From a virus (lineage: Duplodnaviria; Caudoviricetes): DNA of 34,897 nucleotides. Positions 1 through 6,728 of this stretch are shown here, piece by piece. Position 1 is the first letter of the stretch; every line of letters starts with the position of its first letter. Under the pieces are notes generated by a model. That model ran no database searches and was not told the origin of the DNA. It worked only from the letters and a program-made list of their open reading frames with translations. The stretch lies in the IMG/VR virus record IMGVR_UViG_3300012667_000098, positions 1-34,897 of that record; one strand, given 5' to 3'. Position numbers and translations under genes: made by a program.

Positions 1-1
1 G

Positions 2-391
2 GGTGATCTAGAAAAAGGACACTTTGATAAAGATGCGGGCCAAATTACTAACACCCTAGCAAGAATGATGATTAAACTGTGCGAGCGTTACGCTACACGG
101 GGTAATGTTCGCGGCTATACCTACAACGATGAGATGAAGGGACAAGCTATTTTACAACTAACACAGATTGGATTACAGTTTGATGAATCTAAGAGCGATA
201 ATCCTTTTGCCTATTTTACTGCCGCAGTTACTAATAGTTTTGTGCGTGTTATTAATATTGAAAAGCGCAATCAAAATATCCGAGATGACATCTTGGAAAT
301 GAACGGTATGAATCCATCTTATTCTAGAACTGGTGCAGGCGAGCATGCCGCGGCACTGAAACGACACAATGAGGACACATCTAGTGAGTAA
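2..391 (+). CDS. gp55: T4 gp55-like late-transcription sigma factor (5'-truncated by window edge)
   Basis: The frame is open from position 2, upstream of the tracked ATG at 65. RGYTYNDEM...FDESKSDNPFAYFT...SFVRVINIEK matches the gp55 family pattern. The gene lies directly upstream of gp47/gp46 as in T4-like phages. Confidence 0.85.
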   Translation, partial: GDLEKGHFDKDAGQITNTLARMMIKLCERYATRGNVRGYTYNDEMKGQAILQLTQIGLQFDESKSDNPFAYFTAAVTNSFVRVINIEKRNQNIRDDILEMNGMNPSYSRTGAGEHAAALKRHNEDTSSE

Positions 392-1397
392 TTTATTTAA
401 AAAAGTTGCCTGTTTTACAGATATCCACTTCGGGCTGAAGTCTAACAGTAGTGTACACAATCAGGACTGTTCTGATTTTGTAGATTGGTATATTGCTAAA
501 GCAAAGGAGGAAGGTTGTGACACTGGAATTTTTATGGGTGATTGGCATCATAATCGTAACAGCCTTAATATCACTACTATGGATTATAGTCTTAGAGCCC
601 TTGAGAAACTTGGAGCGGCTTTTGATAACTTTTATTTCTTTCCTGGCAATCATGATCTTTATTACAAAGACAAGCGGGATATCCACAGTGTCGAATTCGG
701 CAAGTATATTCCTGGTATCACTGTGGTACACGAGCCCATTACTGTTGGGGACGTCACTATGTGTCCTTGGCTCGTTGGGGAAGAATGGAAAACCGTAGGC
801 AAGAAAGGTGGCAAGTATATCTTTGGACACTTTGAACTACCCAACTTCTTTATGAACGCTATGGTTCAAATGCCGGACCACGGTGAGATTCAACTAGATG
901 CATTTAAAGAATACGAGCTAGGATTTAGCGGACACTTCCACAAGCGCCAAGCTCGCGGAAACATGCACTACATTGGTAATGCGTTTCCGCACAACTATGC
1001 AGACGCATGGGATGATGATCGCGGTATGATGATATTGGAATGGGGCGGTAAGCCCGAATATCACAGCTGGCCGGAACAACCTACATTCCGTACTGTAAAA
1101 CTAAGCCAACTTATTGACGAAGCGGACACATTGATCTTGCCCAAGCAACATCTTCGTGTTACACTAGACATTGATATTAGCTACGAAGAAGCGTCATTCA
1201 TTAAAGAAAAGTTCATTAGCGATTACTCTATTAGAGAACTTACTTTAATCACTGAACGCAAGGATGTTGAAATGAACACTAGCATTGATGTACAAGCATT
1301 TGAATCTGTAGACCAAATTGTGTCTAGTCAAATTGTAAACATCGAAAGTGACACATACGATAAGAACACACTTCTAGCAATTTATAACAGCCTATGA
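384..1397 (+). CDS. gp47: Recombination endonuclease subunit, Mre11/SbcD-like metallophosphoesterase (T4 gp47-like)
   Basis: Phosphoesterase motifs TDIHFG, GDWHH, GNHD, GHF and GHFH are present. The likely start is GTG at 384 with GAGGA at 371-375 (the ORF track starts at 369). Confidence 0.92.
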   Translation: MSNLFKKVACFTDIHFGLKSNSSVHNQDCSDFVDWYIAKAKEEGCDTGIFMGDWHHNRNSLNITTMDYSLRALEKLGAAFDNFYFFPGNHDLYYKDKRDIHSVEFGKYIPGITVVHEPITVGDVTMCPWLVGEEWKTVGKKGGKYIFGHFELPNFFMNAMVQMPDHGEIQLDAFKEYELGFSGHFHKRQARGNMHYIGNAFPHNYADAWDDDRGMMILEWGGKPEYHSWPEQPTFRTVKLSQLIDEADTLILPKQHLRVTLDIDISYEEASFIKEKFISDYSIRELTLITERKDVEMNTSIDVQAFESVDQIVSSQIVNIESDTYDKNTLLAIYNSL

Positions 1398-3175
1398 CAT
1401 TAAAAATAAAAGAACTAACAGTAAAAAACTTTATGAGTGTGGGCAACCAGACTCAGGGCGTTAACTTTGCTCAAGAAAACTTAACACTAGTACTTGGTGA
1501 GAACTTGGATCAAGGCGGTGACGACAGTGGCTCACGCAACGGTACTGGTAAAACTACTATTGTAAATGCTTTGAGTTTTGCTCTGTACGGCAACGCTCTT
1601 ACTAACATTAAGAAAGATAACCTAATCAACAAAATCAATAACAAGAACATGTTGGTTACGCTGTCGTTTGAAAAGAACGGTGTTGAATATCGCATCGAGC
1701 GGGGACGCAAGCCTACGCTAATGAAGTTTTATGTCAATGACGAAGAGCAAGGCGCAGAAGAAAGCGATGACGCACAAGGTGATATGCGTGAAACCCAGAA
1801 GGACTTAGATGAACTGCTGGGTATGAGTCACGACATGTTCAAGCACATTGTTGCACTTAACACTTATACAGAACCGTTCTTATCTATGAAGAGCGGAGAA
1901 CAGCGTGTAATCATTGAACAGCTACTTGGCATTACTTTGCTAAGTGAAAAAGCAGAAACTCTTAAAGAGCTTATCCGTCAAACTAAAGATGCTATTATAC
2001 AAGAAAGCGCAGACATTGAAGCGGCTAAGAAATCTAACGATAAAATTCAACTAAGCGTAGACAGTTTAATTACTAGACAAAATGCTTGGAACACTCAGCA
2101 TGATAACGATTTAGAAAAGATCGGTCGTGCTATTATTGAGTTAGAAAGCGTAGATATTGAAGCAGAGCTTTCAGCACATGCTACTTTAAAAACTTATTTA
2201 GAGCAGGCAGCTAAACTAAAGAGCCTGAACAAAGAGAAAGCAACGCTAGAGAGCGCGACAGCGCAAGCAGAGCGTAGCGTAAAGAAATACGCTAGCGAGC
2301 TTGCTGCCTTAGATGGTAAGAAGTGCCACGCTTGTGAGCAGGACTTGCATGATCACAAACATGAAGAACTAACTGCTACAGCTACTAAGCACCTTACAGA
2401 AGCACAGAATTACTTAGATAAAGTTAACAAAGACTTAGATAAGATTCAAACAGAAGTAACTGCTATTGGCGAACTAACTACTCGTCCTAACACTTACTAC
2501 GACACTGTTGAAGAAGCACTCAAGCATCAAAACAACTTGAAGACTTTGGAAACTAACTTGACAATCAAAGCAGGTGAAACTGATCCCTATCAAGAACAGA
2601 TCGACGAGCTACGCAATACTGCCATGCAGGAAATCAACTGGGATAAAGTTAATGAGCTTAACGCTCTTAAGGATCACCAAGAGTTCTTGCTTAAACTTCT
2701 AACAAGTAAAGACAGCTTTATCCGTAAGAAGATTATCGATCAGAACCTAGCATACTTGAATAACCGATTAACATATTATCTCGACAAGATGGGCTTGCCG
2801 CATACCGTTACATTCCAGAATGACTTGAATGTAGAAATTATGCAACTAGGACAAGACTTGGACTTTGATAACTTGTCGCGTGGTGAACGCAATCGTTTGA
2901 TCTTGTCCTTGAGCTGGGCATTCCGTGATGTATGGGAAAGTTTGTATCAAAGCATTAACCTGTTGTTCATTGACGAATTGATTGACAACGGTTTAGATGC
3001 TAGTGGTGTAGAAGGTGCTTTGGGCGTACTTAAAAAGATTGCCCGTGAGCGTAAGAAGAATGTATTCTTAATCTCGCACAAAGACGAACTGATCGGTCGT
3101 GTTAACAATGTACTTAAAGTTGTTAAAGAAAACGGCTTTACATCATATGCAAATGATCTAGAGGTTACAGAATGA
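1394..3175 (+). CDS. gp46: Recombination endonuclease ATPase subunit, Rad50/SbcC-like (T4 gp46-like)
   Basis: Walker A GSRNGTGKTT, long coiled coil with central CHAC zinc hook, ABC signature LSRGE, Walker B LLFIDE and H-loop ISH. It overlaps the gp47 stop (ATGA). Confidence 0.93.
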   Translation: MTLKIKELTVKNFMSVGNQTQGVNFAQENLTLVLGENLDQGGDDSGSRNGTGKTTIVNALSFALYGNALTNIKKDNLINKINNKNMLVTLSFEKNGVEYRIERGRKPTLMKFYVNDEEQGAEESDDAQGDMRETQKDLDELLGMSHDMFKHIVALNTYTEPFLSMKSGEQRVIIEQLLGITLLSEKAETLKELIRQTKDAIIQESADIEAAKKSNDKIQLSVDSLITRQNAWNTQHDNDLEKIGRAIIELESVDIEAELSAHATLKTYLEQAAKLKSLNKEKATLESATAQAERSVKKYASELAALDGKKCHACEQDLHDHKHEELTATATKHLTEAQNYLDKVNKDLDKIQTEVTAIGELTTRPNTYYDTVEEALKHQNNLKTLETNLTIKAGETDPYQEQIDELRNTAMQEINWDKVNELNALKDHQEFLLKLLTSKDSFIRKKIIDQNLAYLNNRLTYYLDKMGLPHTVTFQNDLNVEIMQLGQDLDFDNLSRGERNRLILSLSWAFRDVWESLYQSINLLFIDELIDNGLDASGVEGALGVLKKIARERKKNVFLISHKDELIGRVNNVLKVVKENGFTSYANDLEVTE

Positions 3176-3363
3176 GAGACTTAGCACTTGTAGATGCAGT
3201 TATTGCACTACATGAAATTGCTAGGTTAGTTGAAGATCAAGTTGGGCAGGGCAACCTGTCCGACGATCTACGCAACTGTGCGAACAGACTACATGTACTC
3301 AGCATCGATCAAGGTCGTGCTAGTAATGTAGCTGACGAAATTATTAAACAGGCAAAAGAGTAA
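3172..3363 (+). CDS. Hypothetical protein (63 aa)
   Basis: Translationally coupled: ATGA overlap with gp46 and TAATG overlap with the next gene. GAGG lies upstream. Confidence 0.7.
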   Translation: MRDLALVDAVIALHEIARLVEDQVGQGNLSDDLRNCANRLHVLSIDQGRASNVADEIIKQAKE

Positions 3364-3614
3364 TGCATCAAGACGAAGAGTTGCACGAGCAACTCATGTT
3401 AGCATTTAGGGAATATTTTAAAACCAACCAGGAATGGATGGCTAAAGGCACACGACGGGCGGGTATGGATACTCGCGAATGTCTCAATGTTATCAGGCGA
3501 ATATGTAGCGAACGCCGTAAGTCAATTATGGAATGGCGCTACGAATTGAACGAACAAACTAGGCTTAAAAAGGCTCAAGATCAACAGGCACCCAAGGATG
3601 ATGATGCTAACTAA
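3363..3614 (+). CDS. Small helical protein, possibly histone H1-like (Hc1-type) nucleoid protein
   Basis: KGTRRAGMDTRECL...RRKSI resembles the GNKAAGTRARKAL...RKEI pattern of Hc1-like proteins. The CDS is well supported but the function is tentative. Confidence 0.5.
   Translation: MHQDEELHEQLMLAFREYFKTNQEWMAKGTRRAGMDTRECLNVIRRICSERRKSIMEWRYELNEQTRLKKAQDQQAPKDDDAN
3608..3613 (+). promoter_or_regulatory. Possible variant late promoter TAACTA for a leaderless GIY-YIG transcript
   Basis: TAACTA-N4-ATG has the same spacing as TAAATA-N4-ATG at 10261-10273. There is no Shine-Dalgarno before ATG 3618. Confidence 0.35.
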
Positions 3615-3617
3615 AGC

Positions 3618-4043
3618 ATGTCATGGACTTATCAGAATCAACTCGTAGAAACATTACCTGAAGATTGTGTTGGGTTTGTGTACATTATCACAAATATTAT
3701 CTCTGGCAGAAAATACATAGGCAAAAAGCTCGCCAAATTCTCAAAGACTACAACTAAAACTGTAACCTTAAAGAATGGCACAAAGAAGAAAAAGAAGATT
3801 CGTAGCAAAGTCGACAGTGACTGGCGCGAGTACTACGGAAGTAGTCCAAATCTTCAAAAAGACATAGACACACTAGGCACAGAAAACTTCACAAGAGAAA
3901 TCCTATATTACTGCAACTCTAAGGCGCAATGCTCTTATATCGAGGCAAGAGAACAATTTTCCCGCAAAGTATTAGAATCAGACGACTATTACAACGGACA
4001 CATTCAAGTTCGTGTACATGGGTCACACATATTAAAATCTTAG
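3618..4043 (+). CDS. Minimal GIY-YIG endonuclease (catalytic domain only)
   Basis: GFVYIITN...GRKYIGKK, YYGSS, FTREIL, the conserved Glu (YIEAREQF) and YYNG. It carries a lysine-rich insert and has no C-terminal DNA-binding repeats. Confidence 0.85.
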   Translation: MSWTYQNQLVETLPEDCVGFVYIITNIISGRKYIGKKLAKFSKTTTKTVTLKNGTKKKKKIRSKVDSDWREYYGSSPNLQKDIDTLGTENFTREILYYCNSKAQCSYIEAREQFSRKVLESDDYYNGHIQVRVHGSHILKS

Positions 4044-4346
4044 GCTAACAATACAGTAAGGGCTCGCACCGGCTAAAATCGGGTGCCGAACAGTTGAAAC
4101 CTGGACATCGTGTCGCAGGGATCCGCAGACTTGCCGCTGTAAGCAAGCACTTAATCACTATCCTTAACAGGACGACGATCGCTTAACACCTGCGGTTTGA
4201 TTATTTGAAGAGAGTTAAAAATAGGGAAAAAGAGGGGATAAGAACCCCAGGTTTACTAGTGTGTTAGCGTATGTTAGTAAACTGCCGTTGAATAAAGTCT
4301 TTGCTCGTGGTACCGGTCAACCGCCACTGTAACGCAATAACGCTAA

Positions 4347-4435
4347 GTGACAAAAGTGCAACTCAGATAATGTCCATTTTTGTTTTTTCTTTGCCCGGCC
4401 TGGGCAAAGTGTGACTGAACAATCTAGATAATATC
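4347..4435 (+). repeat. Imperfect direct repeat GTGAC-N(4-7)-CAA-N3-AGATAATRTC, 2 copies
   Basis: Copies at 4347-4374 and 4411-4435, with cores 61 bp apart. They flank a T-tract and the hairpin CTTTGCCC/GGGCAAAG (4389-4409). Confidence 0.55.
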
Positions 4436-4502
4436 TTTAACTGCTTCGCAGCAAATACATCATATAAGAAATAAAGAATAGCTTGAGCGATAGCGATAAG
4501 CT

Positions 4503-4523
4503 GATGAACTTTAGTTCATCTTT
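4503..4523 (+). terminator. Perfect inverted repeat followed by TTT; possible terminator or 3' end of the structured RNA
   Basis: GATGAACT-TT-AGTTCATC-TTT. The U-tail is short. Confidence 0.4.
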
Positions 4524-4531
4524 AAGTGTAG

Positions 4532-4538
4532 ATAAATA
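4532..4538 (+). promoter_or_regulatory. T4-type late promoter (ATAAATA)
   Basis: Matches the TATAAATA core, followed by an AGGA RBS and ATG 4556. Confidence 0.7.
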
Positions 4539-4555
4539 TTGCATAGGATAAGAAC

Positions 4556-5623
4556 ATGAAGATATATGAAATAATCTCGGAAAATAAACAAGTAGATGAA
4601 GGAATAGTTAGCAATGTAGTTAACTGGGCTGGCGGAAAAATAGCTAGTTCTGACATTACTAAGAAAGCAGTAGCTGATCTTGCTGCCAAATATGCTGAAC
4701 GAGTTATGGCACATCAGCGAGCTGGAAAGGGGAAGAAGTTTGTCTCTACACAGTTTATAAAAAATAATGCCCCTAAAGAGGCTAAACGAGAATTATTATC
4801 TGATCCTAAGTATATTGCGTTGATCCAAAAAGAAGGCGACAAGATTATGAGAAATTCTAACCTGTCGGCTATTGCAGGCAAAGTTGGATTGTCAACTCTT
4901 GCAACTGGATCTAAGTGGGATATTACTAAAGCAGTTGGTAGTAGATTAGTAAAGCTCTATTCAAGCTGGCAGATTATTGGCATGTTCAGAGACTATAATT
5001 CAAATGTTAACGCATGGGATGCAGAACTACAGAAACAAGTAGCCGCTGGTAAAATTACACAAGAGCAATATCAAGCCCAACTTGCTCATATTCGTAAAAC
5101 TGAAATGGGATTACTGGTTACTAAAGTAGGTGCAGGCCTACTTGGCAGTGCTATCGTTCGAGGATCAGTTGCGCCAATTGCAGGTTTGTTTAAACTAATT
5201 CCTCTAACTGCTCCGATCGGATCTGTTATCTCTGGTCTAGGTGCCGCAGGTAGTGCGTATCTATATACTAAATTAAATTCTAAAGAAGGTAGCGAAGCAG
5301 TTGCTAGTATTATGGTTGGCAATGCGTTAGGCGATGCAGCCACTTCTGCTATAGGTGGTACAGTAACTAATGCAATGGATTGGATAACTGGTACTGCTAA
5401 AGAAGCTGCCGAAGCAGACAGACAACCAGCTCAAGGCGGGCAAGCCGCTAGCCAAACCCTAGTTAATGCACCTGGGCAACAACCAGCTAAACCTGCTGCT
5501 CAAACTACAACTGCTCCTACAGCACCAACAATGCCCGGTAATAATACAACTGCTAAAGCAGATATGTATACTCCTGCAGGTTATAGTAGAGATGCCGCGG
5601 GTAATTTAATCTACGGTGATTAA
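4556..5623 (+). CDS. Putative internal head / ejected virion protein with hydrophobic Gly/Ala-rich helices
   Basis: Late promoter upstream. The N-terminus MKIYEIISE resembles the T4 capsid-targeting sequence (MKTYQEFIAE). There is a long hydrophobic stretch and a Pro/Gln/Thr-rich tail. Confidence 0.5.
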   Translation: MKIYEIISENKQVDEGIVSNVVNWAGGKIASSDITKKAVADLAAKYAERVMAHQRAGKGKKFVSTQFIKNNAPKEAKRELLSDPKYIALIQKEGDKIMRNSNLSAIAGKVGLSTLATGSKWDITKAVGSRLVKLYSSWQIIGMFRDYNSNVNAWDAELQKQVAAGKITQEQYQAQLAHIRKTEMGLLVTKVGAGLLGSAIVRGSVAPIAGLFKLIPLTAPIGSVISGLGAAGSAYLYTKLNSKEGSEAVASIMVGNALGDAATSAIGGTVTNAMDWITGTAKEAAEADRQPAQGGQAASQTLVNAPGQQPAKPAAQTTTAPTAPTMPGNNTTAKADMYTPAGYSRDAAGNLIYGD

Positions 5624-5859
5624 AACCACGGTAGTTGAGTTTCTTTAGTAGTTTCTAAGTTATCTTCAATTACCGCATACATTGCATCGCGGTCTTCGCT
5701 AGAATAAAAATGTAAGAGTTCGTGCATAGTTACACCACCACGCATGAACCAGCTAATTCTAGCTAGCTCTTTTTTAAACCCTTTAATTTGTTCATCTAGC
5801 CCAACTAGATACTCTTCGATCTGTTCGTTAGATAATTTAGTTAGGCGCTGGCGAAAAAA
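5620..5859 (-). CDS. -1 frame extension of the hub/chaperone gene (not in ORF track)
   Basis: 79 sense codons FFRQRLTKLSNEQIEEYL...ISWFMRGG...DNLETTKETQLPWF*. The frame fills the gap exactly to the convergent stop at 5620-5623 and is entered at slippery T TTT TTC. Confidence 0.7.
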   Translation of the reverse strand, partial: FFRQRLTKLSNEQIEEYLVGLDEQIKGFKKELARISWFMRGGVTMHELLHFYSSEDRDAMYAVIEDNLETTKETQLPWF

Positions 5860-6668
5860 CTTGCATTGTCCATTTCAATAGTGATACTAGATTGATGGTT
5901 GCATTCAGGACATTCAACAGGGTGTGTAGGACTTTCCCATTCGGCTCTTACTTTAGCCAAGTGTTCTTTGATAGCATCAAAAATAACTTTATCACAGTTT
6001 TCTAACCACTCATTGATATAAGTTCTTTCAGTTACCACGGTATTTCCTACTTCAACACTTTCAATGCTAATAGACAGTGCTTCGTTTTGAACTAGGGCAA
6101 TGTCTTTGAATAATGCATTCATAGTTTCTGCTCGTTCTTTATTATCTTCAATCTTATCTGCTTGTCTAATTCGTTGTTGCAGTTGTGCATTCTTAATTGA
6201 AAAGTCAGTGATCTGTCTATAGTTCAACGGCTGTAGTTTAACAACTAAATCCTTTAATACAATTTTACTGTCATACTTGCAATTAGTATAATGGTCAATT
6301 AGTTTAGATAATTCCAATGTGTAGTCGTTAACTGTTTTGCACCCCGGGCAAACATGTTCCACTTCCATTAAGTTACCAAATGTAGCGATACGGATAGCAG
6401 TGAGAATTAAGTCAACATCTAAGTTACTAACATCCCATGCGTTTTTAATTGCTGGACAGCAACTTTCGATAACTTTAACTGTGGTCTCGCCTGAATATAA
6501 TGCATCTGGAGTTTTAATTAGAATCTCGTCCATACCAGTCATTCCGTAAACAGGCATGTTTTCCACAGACCCTTGCAGTGTACCAGGCTGATTGAATACA
6601 CCTTTTGAGGGTAAACTAATGTAGATCTTAGGTTGTCTAAAGAACTGTTGTAATGGGTTTTGTGACAT
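5841..6668 (-). CDS. Baseplate hub assembly protein / tail chaperone (T4 gp26/gp51-like)
   Basis: N-terminal YISLPSKG, MTGMDEILIK, DVDLILTAIRIAT and two CPxC motifs. It is divergent from the tape-measure-like gene and has a GGAG RBS. Confidence 0.75.
   Translation of the reverse strand: MSQNPLQQFFRQPKIYISLPSKGVFNQPGTLQGSVENMPVYGMTGMDEILIKTPDALYSGETTVKVIESCCPAIKNAWDVSNLDVDLILTAIRIATFGNLMEVEHVCPGCKTVNDYTLELSKLIDHYTNCKYDSKIVLKDLVVKLQPLNYRQITDFSIKNAQLQQRIRQADKIEDNKERAETMNALFKDIALVQNEALSISIESVEVGNTVVTERTYINEWLENCDKVIFDAIKEHLAKVRAEWESPTHPVECPECNHQSSITIEMDNASFFASA
5853..5859 (-). other. Putative -1 ribosomal frameshift slippery heptamer T TTT TTC
   Basis: In-frame X XXY YYZ (AGT TTT TTC GCC), three sense codons before the TAA of 5841..6668. 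Confidence 0.65.
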
Positions 6669-6680
6669 ATCGCACTCCGG

Positions 6681-6687
6681 ATAAATA
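6681..6687 (+). promoter_or_regulatory. Late promoter (ATAAATA) for the tape-measure-like gene
   Basis: Motif in the 60-bp divergent intergenic region. Confidence 0.65.
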
Positions 6688-6695
6688 TATAATAG

Positions 6696-6703
6696 TATTT
6701 ATA
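6696..6703 (-). promoter_or_regulatory. Late promoter (perfect TATAAATA) for the hub/chaperone gene
   Basis: TATTTATA on + is TATAAATA on -. A GGAG RBS lies at 6675-6678 before ATG 6668. Confidence 0.75.
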
Positions 6704-6728
6704 TACGCATTTTATTGGTGGAATTTAT

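Larger units (their letters stand above)
4061..4523 (+). ncRNA. Candidate large structured ncRNA or structured origin region (family not recognised)
   Basis: A ~510-bp gap without a convincing ORF in an otherwise gene-dense genome contains more than 10 stems, nested junctions and a potential pseudoknot. G-U wobbles that work only on the + strand occur (5 in stem 4251-4282). Confidence 0.65.

Noticed and set aside
4345-4440. Mini CRISPR array from the two AGATAAT repeats
   Set aside because: There are only two short imperfect copies and no cas genes in the window.
4480-4525. CTGATGA at 4501-4507 suggested a hammerhead ribozyme core
   Set aside because: No GAAA follows a stem II. The sequence instead forms the perfect GATGAACT/AGTTCATC inverted repeat.
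4044-4555. Group I intron, tmRNA, RNase P or tRNA interpretation of the non-coding region (ATCCGCAG resembles a group I Q element)
   Set aside because: No convincing R/S (P7) elements were found and the flanking genes are not halves of one gene. There is no T-loop/CCA end and no RNase P P4 consensus. A covariance-model scan is still needed to exclude divergent members.
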